A stretch of 61,076 nucleotides of DNA, the filler included, from Sphacelaria rigidula (Eukaryota): the NCBI GenBank assembly GCA_964200075.2. It is 4 parts of 4 records of this genome, joined end to end, with 100 filler letters (N's around TTAATTAATTAA, not from the genome) between each part and the next. Parts side by side here need not be neighbours in the genome. Positions count along the whole stretch, not along the records: positions 1 to 15,195 come from CAXNAA020001868.1; positions 15,296 to 30,490 come from CAXNAA020001869.1; 2 more parts are not named here. One strand, 5' to 3'. Below the pieces are notes generated by a model, which was not told the DNA's origin, made no database searches, and saw only the letters and a program-made list of their open reading frames with translations. The position numbers were made by a program, and so were the translations under genes. Shown piece by piece: positions 1-15,453 of this stretch. Positions within the stretch are counted from its first letter, which is position 1; each line of letters begins with the position of its first letter.

Positions 1-1642
1 CGCAGTGCTACATGGATGTGAAGACGCACGCTGATATGCCGATAACCACGATGTGTTATAGTGGGCACAACTCGCGATACATCGTCAGTTAGAACAGGCT
101 GAAGGAAAGTGAGCTTCTTGGGCGGCCCAACCTATACACCGCCGCGGAGTAATGGCAATGCCCCCCACGAATGGTTTTATGCTGCAAGGCGGCGCCGATC
201 ATTCATCCAACAGCACATTGCTCACCTCGGCCCCCCTCCACAGAAAAGGAGATTCACCGGCTCTGAATATCGAAACATTATGAAAGGGTCAAAGACGTGG
301 GCCAGATCTGTGCAGTCGCATGCACCGCCTCGTGCACACAGCCAAGCGTCGACTATTCCGTTGTTCGTGTATGTTGTATTTTCGAACCCGGTTTACCCTG
401 TGCGCATTCTGCATGCGGTCATGCAGCACGAAGTCCAGTGAGCGTACCGTATGCACAAATTTGACTCTTGTCAACACCGACGCGCCTCGCACAGGGTCAG
501 GTGGACGATGCTGCATCAGGGTTTCATAGTAGCCGTTTCATCACTACACAGATGCCTTTTTTCAAAAGCATGTAGGTACATATATCGGGCCTATGTGTAC
601 AAGGCATTTCCGATAATCCCCGACCGGTGCTGACCCTCTAATCCTGCGGACTGTGACGCCAGCCACAAGACTCAGCGCGTGTGCGGAATGTCTCCGCTGT
701 CAACGACGGCAAGCAACAATACCCATTTTCCCTTCGCCCTCCATCGAATACGATCCGTGTGGCACAACGTCGCTTGAGCCATGCGATCACATTGGCGCGT
801 CGGTCTCACAGCTTCGGGTATTCCGACTTGTGGTCGGAGGGTGCGTGTTTTGCGATTAGAGGAAGACAGCTGATTGTACAGTCTACGGCGTTGGATTCAG
901 GCGTTCTTGCTCCAATCCGAAATCCTGTCGGTGTCCATCTCCGTTTCCGAGCGGCAAATTGCAGATCCAGCAACGGTCTGACGCTGCCGCCCCCGCATGA
1001 TGTCGTTCGGGCCGGTGTGTCGGCAAGATGTTCACCCGTGTTCGTTAGATCTTCGTGAGGTCCGGCACACAAGAGACCTGTATGCATCGTTGGATTTTCC
1101 GGGTCTTCGGGCCAACCAACAGGGGGGGCTACACTCTTCTGGTCGTTGTGTTTCGGCCTTTTTTTTGGCGGGGTGTAGTTTCACCGAAAATGGCTATGGT
1201 TGTGACTGCTCGGCGTAACTTGTGCTGAGACGGCGGTACGGTCACCACTTCACAAAAAGGGCCACCACTTGACAGAAAAGGGACAACAGTAGAACAAGAA
1301 AGGGTAGATATAACTTTTTTGCAAAGAGCAGGGTGTACCCTCCTGTTTTGCTTACACAAAAGGGTACTGTCACAGGCTCTCATTTTCGGCGCGGTAGTTC
1401 AGCCCAGTAACAGTTGTGAAAGTGAAAGAAAATGGTCTGATATGCTGCCTAGGGACCATGGGCGTGGGGCTGGAGCACTGGAACGTGTTTTCGAGGTGCT
1501 CAGCCAGCGTGCAGCGCCGCGCCCCAGAGCGAAAAATAAGCCAACCTTTCTAATATTTTGCTCAAAATCAAGCCCCTTCGTTTTCGGACAAATCTGAATG
1601 CAGAGTCTGAAATGTCCGAAATCTTCTGACAGACACTCCGAA

Positions 1643-2072
1643 AAACAGAGTCGGTCATGATAGACCTGGCCCAGCTGAAGACTTTCACACAGTAGCGGGA
1701 AAATCTGTGTAGAGTTGTTGGCTTAGCAACTTAAATGCACGACGAACCACAAGGATCCACGTGCATAACAAGCGATGGAGAGTGAGCTTTTGAATGTCTC
1801 ACGTCATTTGCAGCAGTAATAAGTGGGCGGGCGGGTTTGCGGAACACGACAGCAGGAAACAGAGTCGGTAATGGTAGGCCTGACCCAGCTGAAGACGTTC
1901 ACACAGTGGCGGGAAAATGTGTGTAGAGGTCGTTGACTCAGCAACTTTAATGCACGACAAACCACGAGGATCCACGTGCAAAAAAAGCGTGTGTTGAGTG
2001 AGCTTTTGTGTGTCTCACGTCATTTGCAGCAGTAATAAGTGGGCGGGCGGATTTGCGGAACACGACAGCAGG
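1643..2072. repeat. Tandem duplication, two diverged copies of a ~214-bp unit
   Basis: AAACAGAGTCGGT...CCCAGCTGAAGAC...GTCTCACGTCATTTGCAGCAGTAATAAGTGGGCGGGCGG...GGAACACGACAGCAGG occurs at 1643-1856 and again at 1857-2072. Confidence 0.85.
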
Positions 2073-3511
2073 CGTCTTACGCCCAGTCTCATCCAGGATT
2101 GTTGAGCGCGGACAGGCGTGACCAGCGCATGGGCATTGGCTCTATTTGCTGCGTTCATGACCCTGTGTTTTCACCACAGCAACTGGACTGTCCCATGCGG
2201 TGTACGGGGCGAAATATGAGGTGTCCGATGAGAGCCCGCATTACGAGCGACAAGAGAGTATTTATTTGCGCAGCGGCCCACTTCCATCACATAGCTTCCA
2301 CCTTTCACTCGAACAGGGTTGAGAACTACGAGGGAATGGAGCTCTCGACCATATCACGCTAATGCAGCTAAAACCCAGCATTGACAGTGCGGCCCGATTT
2401 GCTCTGCACTCTTTTCCTTGGGCATGTCGATCGTTGACGAATTATAATGTCTGCAGAAAACCGGTAGAGCACGTAGTCAACATCCCCTCTGTCGAGGGGT
2501 GGGGGGTACACGTTGAGAACTCAACGCGCCTACTTTATCACAGCCGTCTCGCGAAGCAAGACGCTTACAAATATCGAGGATACGCAGCCGATACACCAGG
2601 CAACGCTGGGGGGGGGAGACAATCGTTGACAAAAACAAACAGAACAGATCCAGCCTGTCGGAGATCCAACGAAACAGCTGCTACACTACGCCAGCACCCG
2701 CACAGCTGAAAACCGCGACTTGGCAAGAAACCTTGAGCAAGCAGAGGAAAACGCCGATGAAAAAAGGACGATTGAGGTATTGTGGTTGAAAGAACAACGA
2801 TACCTAACGCACGCGTCGATCGGGAGCAAATCCATCGATACGCCTTCACGTGTTGAACGTGCTGATGCAAGTCCACAAGTCGTTCGGGTGGAAGACACGA
2901 AACAAAATAAACAAACTGATCATCAGCCAGGGACGTTACACCACTTCCTATCGCCACGATGCTTAAAGAACGCCACATAGCTTAGAATCCTCTAAATCTC
3001 AACAAGTTATTACAATTATCCATGACCTACGATATAAGGGAGAAGAAAAAAACAGAAATGTCGCGATACCAAGCGGCTGCCTGCGCCATTTTTCGCACCC
3101 ACATCATGAGACATGAAGCAGAAAACTTGCTGCAATGACGTGGGCAAATAAAGGCGACATTAACGACGTCGCCGATTCAGCGGAACAAGTACCATTTTTT
3201 CGTCGTGCAATAAATACTCTAGCATTACACAAAAAACGAAGACAAACGGGCATATCAGACACGAATAACCGATTCTGCAAACCTCTTCCCGTACAAAAAA
3301 AGCTCAAATGTACACACAAACACACGGGACACTCTCTGTTTCATCACTTCGGTCGTACACTAAAAAATAACCGATTGCATCAGCGACATGGAGCAAGACT
3401 ATAAAAGTGTCGGTAACCATGACAGTTACACTACGGTACTAGCTAGGACTATGAGTATTATCGTTGAGAACACGATGCATGAAAAAGCATCGGATTACTA
3501 TTTTCCGACTC

Positions 3512-6561
<3,050 letters not shown>

Positions 6562-6998
6562 CTGTGGTGTTACAGAAACCAATGCGATGAACATACACCG
6601 TGTGTACACGACGCGGTCGGGGCATTACAGTATTATGAAGCGGAGCAACAGATAGGTCGCAGCAATACGGAGTACCAACTGTTTGAGCGCGCACACACAA
6701 ACAACCTCACCAAGCGAGCGTCCAACGAGAATGTACGATGAAAGTACACGTAGGTTTCACCATTTAACAAAAATATTTCACACCTTCGACGATATAATAC
6801 GTTCTCAATACAAATTGGGTCAGCATATTGGACTATTGTACGTCAAAGTACCACTTGCACAACATATACTGCATTGTGCGCGAGACGTCGCCCGGCACAG
6901 GACTACGATAATTTCTCCCTTTCCCCGGCCAATATATATTGGACCGTGCGGACAATGACAATAGTCGATAATAGTTGTAACAGTAAGTAATTGTTTTG

Positions 6999-7270
6999 GG
7001 CACTTTCTACGATAGCCCCCCCCCCCTCCCCCCCGCGAAAAGCGCATGGTTTTGGGAGGCAAAATCTTCACGCAATTCAAAATGGGAAAAGCCGAGCACA
7101 ACGAGAAGCTGGGAATTCCCGCGCTTGGGTTCGTTCTAGCCAATGTCGCAAATATGAGGCGCTTCATGGAGGCTAAATCCGAATATCAGGCGCTGTACGG
7201 GCAATTTTTTTCGTGAAACTTTGGGCTGGTTTTCTTTTTGGGGGGGGGGGGGGCTATTGTAAAAAGTGTC
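6999..7270. mobile_element. Non-autonomous TIR element (MITE) with TIR ~GACACTTTCTACGATAGCCCC
   Basis: Left end CACTTTCTACGATAGCCCC(C)n and right end (G)nCTATTGTAAAAAGTGTC. An inverted homologous copy lies at 37110-37371 and an isolated end at about 45910-45953. Confidence 0.75.
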
Positions 7271-8344
7271 TTTGTATCAAGTATCGTTCGCGATATGCTC
7301 CCACTAAGACGTGGTGGGGGGGGACCCCGCGTTGTGATGAGTGGGTCGTGGTGCTAGACGTGTGTCCAGAAACTATTTTCGGAAGCCCAGCGAGAAACGA
7401 GCGGTAGAATTGCGGCAACCACTCTGGTAGGTTCACGTCATTCACGATGGGTGATTTCTTCAAATACTGTCGGAAAGCTCTTTCACAAATTTTTGAGCGC
7501 CACAGCAAGAGAGGGCGGGAAACTTTGGCATGCCAATGGCTTGAAAGTCTAACGTTGATCATGTGCCGCTCGCTATCGAAAAAAAAACGCGTCCGATATC
7601 TCAACGCATACCCTGACATACACATACAAACGCTCAAGTTAGACGCCTGAAGTACTTCGTGCCTGCGATTCATACTGCATGGATGAAAGGGAAGATAAAC
7701 GTCGACTTGATCCATCTTGTATGGAAGGAAGGTGAGAAATATGTACATGAATCACGTGGTCCATGCTGTATGAATCATGGGGGAAAAAACGCCTGGAAGA
7801 ATCACTCTAGGTGCGCAGATGCGTGCCGTGCCACGCTATACCACCCGCGGACTGCAGGGTACGCTGCTGCCCGGAGTTTTCTCGAAAAGTTCGGCGAGCA
7901 TGCAACGACTACTCGTGCTGGTGCTGTGTTCTTCACAAGTGTTCGTGGTTTCGTATATATCTTGTACCGTATGTTCAGGTCAACTGTACCACTAAACACA
8001 TTAAACCACACATTTTGTCAACAGCATAGCTCAAGGGGGGGAAACAGGCTAGGAAAGCCGCTCTGGGCACGCAGACACGTGCGTTGTACTACCATACTCG
8101 ATGTCTCGGGTGTGAGTACAAAATTTGAAATTGTTTTTTTGCGGATTTGGCTCTTGCGGGGTTCGCGACCTGTACGCTCTTATTTGCCCACCCCACCTGC
8201 AACAGGGTAGCGCCACCAAAGAGTCGCGCCCCATGAAATGACAGGTGGGATACAACATACTCACATGATTCATATCATATGAACAGACAGTGGAGAACAT
8301 GGACCCATGCTTCGCGCTGCATAAATGAACAGGGGGAAACATTT

Positions 8345-8655
8345 ACACTTGATCAATCTTGTATAAACGGAAGATAGGGTTCACCAACGTATAATTCATG
8401 CCGCAAGAATGGAGATGGGGAATCATGTACACATGATTCATCTCGTATGAACGGAAGGTAAGGATCTTGAACGTATGATTCATGCCGCAAGAATGGAATT
8501 TGGGAAATATGTACGCTTGATTGACCCAGTATGAACGGAAGGTGGCGAACATGTACGTATAATTCATGCTGAACAGAAATTGGGAATCATATACGCTTGA
8601 TTCACCTCGTATGAGTGAGAAAGGTGAAGAACATGTGCCAATAATTCATGCTGGA
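8345..8655. repeat. Degenerate 42-bp minisatellite with alternating A/B units (84-bp higher-order repeat)
   Basis: Units TGATTCATCTCGTATGAACGGAAGG... and T(G/A)ATTCATGCCGCAAGAATGG... alternate at 42-bp spacing (e.g. 8476, 8518). The 14-aa periodicity of ORF 8343..8567 reflects this. Related units lie at about 7665-7780 and 9262-9320. Confidence 0.8.
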
Positions 8656-8657
8656 CA

Positions 8658-9260
8658 CGAGCTGGGCCAGCCAAGAGTAGGTGTGAATCTCGCCCAGGCG
8701 ACGCACGGCGCGATATTAGGAGTTGGACGCAAAATTCCGACAGCAGCTTTTTACAATCGAAATGCAGAAGATCACGTGACCAGCGAAGAAAAAAAGGATT
8801 CAAGACGAAGTTATGGGCATTTGAAATTTCAGCGAAGACAAGATAATGTGAGAAAGTCTAGGGGGGAAAAAAAAAATCTGCAGCTGGACACGTGAAGTAT
8901 CAGTTCCTTGGGTGCAGAAGGTCTCCCTGAAATTTCACCTCAAGAGTTGTCAAATTGGAACGTGCGTTCAACATTTTCCGTGACGCTGCTGCACCCCTAT
9001 GAATCAAGTGATGGTAGGCTCCAATTATGGAGGTCACGAGTTCGAATCCCGACAGATTCTCTTCTTTTTTTTTTCGTCCGTTGTTGAGGTTATACATTAT
9101 GCAGTAAATTTTTTTTCAATTTTTTTTATTCAGTGGCGGTGCCGTGTATCACCAGATTGGTCTACACTTCACAGTGATATGCTTGCAACGGGTTCATTCG
9201 AGAAACTGGGGAAGCTGTGGTGTGAGCAAGTTTTAGCAGCTTTGGAGCTGGCCCAGCTCG
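8658..9260. mobile_element. ~600-bp MITE, TIR CGAGCTGGGCCAGC, TA-type target (Tc1/mariner-like), copy 1
   Basis: Perfect 14-bp TIR CGAGCTGGGCCAGC...GCTGGCCCAGCTCG, flanked by CA/TA. Colinear over its full length with the copy at 23916-24516. Confidence 0.9.
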
Positions 9261-9689
9261 TAAATGGGAATTGGGGAATATGTACCCATGGTTCAAACCA
9301 TACGAATGGAGGGTAGGAAACGTTCATCTGTGACGGTCTACCGCTCAAATCACGAATTGAGAAAATGTACACGTGAAGCGGTGTCGCACAAATCACGGAC
9401 CCAGACATGTACAAATTACAACTTGTGTACGAATCGTATAAATGATTCGTCCAAACGTTGAACATGAGTCGATTCGCGATTTTATTTGTTCGTACCGTAT
9501 ATTCTTTGCAGAAGTGTTGACCGTGCGCTCGACTCAGTATCTGTTACTGCCGAGTTAACATAGAGAGTGTGTGTGTTTTCCCCTGAGACTGTTTTGTTCC
9601 TTCGAATACCGTTTCTCGGACTCAATCCTCTCTGTCAGTATAATAAGATGCCATACACGAGAGCTGCAGCAGAGAATGACAGGCCTTAC

Positions 9690-12600
9690 TTTCTTTTCGC
9701 CTTCCGATGGACCCTTTTCACCCGCAGGTGGTGTTGGCTCCGAGATATCATCATTCTCCAGCGGTACGTCGAGCAATTCCGATCCACTCGCGAAAAATTG
9801 CACATCTAACCCACTTGCGCTAATCCCTCCAGCCTCAGGAATACCGCCTCCCGTGGTCTCCAGCGCCTGTGTCAGCAAAACGCACCACCCAAGAGAGGAA
9901 CCCAAGAGCCAGGGGCTGGTGACTGACTCAAACGAGGCGAATCACTTGGATGATCTTTCCTAAACCGGAGCTTTATCTCGCAAAAACTAAGTCTGTTCGA
10001 GGGATCGTGGTCCTCCGGCATAGAAAATATTTTCAAAACTCTGTAAAAAATGCCGAGACTCAAGAAAAGGGTGTACCGTACCGCATACAGGAACCGTAGT
10101 GGTTACATTGAGGAAACCGTCTCCAGCGGTTCCAACTGTGAATACAACTACTGTTGTTGGAATTCCTTTCATAGGTCGAGGTACCTCTGTACCGGGAAAA
10201 GGGAAGATATTCTGGGGGGGGGGAGGGGAGGGGGGGAAGGATGTATATAACGTCATATCCTCATACCCGTTCACCCTTTTTTCATCACATGCCGGCAGGT
10301 ATCAAGCTTTCTTCCGAAGCGGAACGCATAACGGAAGAAGCTCGCCGTGTTGGCGAACCTCCCCATTCCAAGACAAACACACGCAGACCCAGGATCGACT
10401 CGCAGCTCCGACTGCTCTCTCGAGTAGCCCGCCTTCAAAAATATCCAACACCGTTTCACTGACACTCATTCTCTCAATACACATAATTTCCCCAGGGGCC
10501 GAACATGACAGTATTTCCCCATTGCCTTATGCTTCAACTGGTACATGCAAACCCCTCCCTCGTGAGCAGCTTCAATAATATCTCACCCTGTCCACCGCAG
10601 ACGCGTCCTCCAGCACCACGGTGGAATCTCGCTTCCCGTGCTTCCCCGCTGCCTCTTCGAGGCCCCCCTCCTTCTTTTCTTCCTGGCCTGAAATCTTGGA
10701 CTCTCCGTTGACCGTGAAAGCGGGTTTTACTGCCGTCACCTCTACCGTTTCGCGGGAAACTTGTCGCGGAGATGATTTCATCCCGTTCGGAAGAGTCACC
10801 TTCGTCTCCTGATTCGTGCGGGCCAAATGACCGTACGCACAGAACAGATGTGAAAGGATGAGTCGAAAACAGCACCACAGGGAACGACTTCATCCAATTC
10901 AATGACGGGAAAAGAGGCTCCAACATGCCCTAACGATAATCTTGAATACGAAAAGGAACACATACCCTGATCCTCACAGAACAAAAGTCCACAGACATGT
11001 ACACATGCTCGAAACACAGAGGCCTTTCCTTCGCATCCTCGACACGCGTTTTACCTTGCATTTAGTACAACGGCGTAGTCTCCAAGACTTCCAGCGCAGG
11101 CGGACAAAAGGCCAAGACGCAGCACAACAAAGGAAGAACAAAAAGAACAGGCGTAAGGCATACCGGTAGAGATCCTCACCGCTTCCCCTACATCCTTCCA
11201 AGCGACACTCTTCGCCGACATATGCGATCCCGGCGCTGGCACCTCCGAGTCAGCGCCCGCTCCTCCCGAGGGCACGACAATCGAAACATCGGTCGTCGCC
11301 ATCGACGCCTGCCGCAAAGGGTCGCCCGTTTTCTCTTCCTCGCCGAAGATTACAGCAGCATTCAAGGGCTGTCCATTTTCGTTGACGGGAGCGGCGCTCG
11401 AAACGGAGCCCATGGTGGAGCCCGGGGTATTGATACTCGATGATCGCTTCGAGACACCATGCAATACGCCCGGCAGTTTGACGTGTCGGATGCTGGACGC
11501 GCGCGCGCTGAGAGCCGAGCTCAGGCTGGGTAGGGTGTGAAGGGAGCAAACCAAGTAGACGTGTGTCGAGGGTGGGGATTGTGGAATAACACGAGAAATA
11601 TTGAGGCGATGATGACCCGGGAAAAACGGTATTAACCGACGGGCCTTGGCCTTGACGGCTTTCTCCAAGGTCAAGCTTTTATTTCACAAGATGCTCTGAT
11701 AGCAGACAGCCAAAGACGGTCCCGCCCGTTGCATATTTCTCATGTCAGTGAAAATAAAGTACAGATCAGCAAGCAAGAACACCAAACATGATAACCCTGC
11801 GTCTCCCAGACTTTCTCGCACACTTTGTTGTGGCTGTCGCGATGTTCTCTCGCCCCGGGCCCGACCAATGTGTCTTAGAGGCGACCAGTAGCGTTCCATA
11901 CTCTGGTTCCAGGCCCGCTTCCTTTTTATTGAAAATATACTGTCTATTGAAGGTGGCCAGTTACCACAACTGGTTACCTTCCAAAGACAAGGCACGTTCG
12001 GTGAGAGGAAATGAAGCTGTACCCACAGCACGGAACGCTACCATCGCGTGAAAGCCACAGTGGTAGGGGTAGGGGCCGAGAGGGCTCCGCAAGAGGCGCG
12101 ACGAAATATGCTAGAAAATCCGGGAGACATGGTCTCAGCGTGTGTGCAGCATGTTTCGATGGCATGAGCAAGCACCTGTGTAGGTTATGCCGGAACGGCG
12201 ACTTCGCGCCCCTCGCCTCCTTGGTTTTACTGGAGTCAGCAGGCTTATCCCTCCACACGCTCGCGAAGTGACCGGTAAGCTGCATCGGAGGCATCTGCAC
12301 ATGCCGACGATGGCCCAGTCGGTGATCATCACATCAGAACAAAACAAGAAAACGAGCAGCATTCAGCTAGGGGGCGCCAAACACCACTGCAGGAACAGAA
12401 ATAAAAATGAATGAAAAGCATTGCTCACCACAGGTGAAGGCTCAATGCCTGAAGATACAGTCTGTGTTGTTTAGTCTTAGGTATGTCAATCATTTGACTA
12501 TCATCCTAGCACGGCTGGGTCCCCGGGGGAAAGGAAAACTCAGGGTGCAACAATCAATCTGGTCAATCGAATCAATGAGAGCTTACGCACTTGTCGTGAA

Positions 12601-13833
12601 AAATGGTTGACAGCATGTGCTACTTGATATTAACGCAACACTGATATTCGGATCCTTGGCGGGGCTGACAATTTTACATGCTCCTAGCTTGCGCAGAACA
12701 TGCTTTTGTCCAACATGACGCTGCAGTCGTCGATTTGAGGTATGTCAGCGCACACTCTGCCTAGGGCACATTTTTACCCACCCCCCTTGCCCGAGGGTTC
12801 GGTACACACCCTGGACAATATATGGTCAATAGATGCAATAGACGAGAAGTGTACTGCACAAAGTATAGGCCCATCGCAACTATTGCTGGCGACAACAGTC
12901 GCAATAGGACTATACTCTATGCAGTATGTTTTTCTGTGTGTTGCATCTATTGACTATATATTCGCCCAAGGTGTGGTTCGATATAACTTGGGTTGGGGCG
13001 GGCGTCATTTCAAAATAATCAATTTCCGATAAAACTCTTCAACGATTGTTCACGACAAACGCGTAAGCACGGTTCTTTTTGAGTGCCATGCCAACTCTTC
13101 TTTTCGTCGGTTTCTCCATGTTATTCCACACACCTGGAACGTTTTTCCCTTGGATCCAGCGCGGAATAGGAAGGATCCACTGCGGTTGTGGCGCATCGTG
13201 GGGGTTGCGTCGTCCGCTTCGCGACCCTCACCCACCTGCATCATCGTGCACAATCTTACATCAGTCACCAAGAAAGTACTCATATTGACAGCCAAAAAAG
13301 GCGACACAATCGCTACCGTCGGCATGTTGTCACCCTCATCAACTGATCAGTTGGAGCAAGCAGAGAGTCAGTTTGCTTATGCCGAGTATAACGGCACACA
13401 AGCACAGATTGTTTTGGAAAGTTGAATCATGACACATGATACACGACGTCAGAATTTGTTTTGACTCCTGTTCTGTTTCACGTGCCTTTTCATATGGAAT
13501 ATGACTAATCGTCATAAAGACATCATTGTTCAGCACTACCGCCATTAGCCATTGTCACCGTCATCATATTCCATCCTCATATGAATAGCAAATCATATTC
13601 ACGTATCGTAACCACCATCATCGTGAGCAGGAGACTCACCGTTGTTCGACAAAAATGGGACGCTGTGGCCAATCCCCAAGAGCAAAAGTCGGCTATTACA
13701 GGGATTCGCAACGATTTCTGTGATGAGGTGACTGCAACCGGCGTCTATCAACCAACGAGATCATGCAGAATTCCGCGCCGTATCATGATTACATCAGTCG
13801 CGCGACAACATTAGCGTTCCCAGAGACCATTCT

Positions 13834-13866
<33 letters not shown>

Positions 13867-14505
13867 TCCCCCCCCCCTGTCCGCAACCCACGACGGACGC
13901 CGCCGNNNNNNNNNNACCACCCCCGCTCAATGATAACCCAAACAGCGCGCCAAAATTTACGTCCCACAAAACCCACTTTCCCCCCCCCCCCCCCCCCCCT
14001 CCTCCCCTCCCGAAAAATTTCTCACTAGAATGACGGGGTGGCGCAGTAAGCTTCTCGCAAGCGACGAGGTGCCTCCCTGGGCTTCCCCGACCATCCTCCA
14101 ACCATCGCCAGTGTCACGTGGGTCATGGCACAAGGTGGTGCTGTACTCGACACATGAAAAATGTCAATACATGTATATTCCGTTTACAAACACGAGGATA
14201 TTCACTTTACATGAAGTGTACTCCTGCGTTTTTTGTGTCGGAAAATTTCTGCTTTCGGCAGTAATTAGTACAGAGAGAAAACGACAAAAAAGGCACCAAC
14301 GACGACGGAGAGACCCCAAAATGCCAGTCAATACTAGAACATACACTACGTGGTAGATGATACAAGGCGGACTATACTGCGTATACAGAGCGAACGTGCG
14401 TACCGCAAGAAGGTCAGGATCCATGAAGGACTCCTCGCCGCCCCTCAACGCGGTCATCGAGTACCGCTGCTGATGTAGGTGCATGGGGGCGTAGCTACCA
14501 TACAC
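9690..14505 (-). CDS. Probable upstream exons of the same PI4K gene (low-complexity/N-terminal region); gene 5'-incomplete at the contig end
   Basis: Splice-site-bounded open segments on the same strand: 14505-14350 (VYGSYAPM...CIIYH), about 13730-13640 (HLITEIVANPCNSRLL...), about 13235-13134 (VGEGREADD...KTFQ), about 12297-12176 (MPPMQLTGHF...), about 11445-11164 (INTPGSTMGSV...), about 10830-10588, and 9866-9690 (ALETTGGG...EGEKK). No diagnostic motifs were seen, so assignment to PI4K rests on position and strand only. Confidence 0.55.
12804..12975. mobile_element. ~170-bp fold-back MITE (ends CACACCCTGGACAAT...)
   Basis: Near end-to-end palindrome: CACACCCTGGACAATATATGGTCAATAGATGCAA...TTGCATCTATTGACTATATATTCGCCCAAGGTGTG. 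An inverted homologue lies at 51354-51523. Confidence 0.8.
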
Positions 14506-15195
14506 CTGAGGGACACGCACACCCAAGACAAGACAGAAACAGCGCACAGCAATTCCATGGAACAGAAACAAACAACAGACGCGTATGATTTTTGTAGCTC
14601 AAACAACTCTCTCCCGTCGAGATCTCTCCACGGCAAAAAGGAACTGGAAGTCCAGGCATAATGCATGGTTGAGACTGAAATAACGCGCCGTAATTCACCA
14701 TCACGCGACGAAAGTGATCAACAACGGACACGCGGACATTCGAGGGAGGGGGGGATCAGCCGTGCATTACAGTACTTGCTTACCAAGCCGAACACCTCAC
14801 CAACTTACCCAGTATTCAAACAACCACCCAATGGACAAACCGTCTCCTCCTCGTTCGAGTCAAGGGAAAAGAAAGCACGTGAACCTCAACACGGAAGTGC
14901 TGGACCTAAGATTCAAAATTTGATTATAAAATGAAGCTCACACACTGTAGGACAGCAGAGCAACCAAGATTTGACAAAACGCGCAACACGAACAACTCAC
15001 GAAGTGTAGGAAGCTGGCAACGTCGAGTGGGGGAGAGTCCACCCCGTCGCTGCGCGGAGGCCAAGTTCGTTCGGTTTCAAAAGTCACCATTACGGGTACG
15101 CGTTCCTATCGGATAACGACAAAGCAACGCAGTTGTGTCATAAACAAGGCAAAGGTGCACGAACGTCGCATGCAGCGAGAAAACGTGGGGGGGGG

Positions 15196-15295
15196 NNNNN
15201 NNNNNNNNNNNNNNNNNNNNNNNNNNNNNNNNNNNNNNNTTAATTAATTAANNNNNNNNNNNNNNNNNNNNNNNNNNNNNNNNNNNNNNNNNNNN
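15196..15295. other. Artificial contig spacer (44N + TTAATTAATTAA + 44N)
   Basis: Six-frame stop linker at 15240-15251 inside an N run. The same structure occurs at 30491-30590 and 45786-45885. Confidence 0.98.
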
Positions 15296-15453
15296 GTGGT
15301 CAATGGTCAAATGACTAAGGCAAGCAACAAATGAGTACGCCCCCCCATACGTCGTATAGATATCCCCGCGTACATACGGCATAATACGTGCGCCCTCTCG
15401 AATTAATCTGATAGACCATGCTGTTTCCCCCACTTTCTCTGGTGCTGAACCAG

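Noticed and set aside
880-1000. Minus-strand CWICNLPL zinc-knuckle-like peptide (endonuclease VII/HNH-like)
   Set aside because: Short frame bounded by stops with no following DH/HNH motif; insufficient support.
13836-14010. Poly-Pro/poly-Gly ORFs from long C/G runs (also 25700-25860, 45697-45730)
   Set aside because: Homopolymer runs beside N gaps; low-quality or intronic sequence, not coding.
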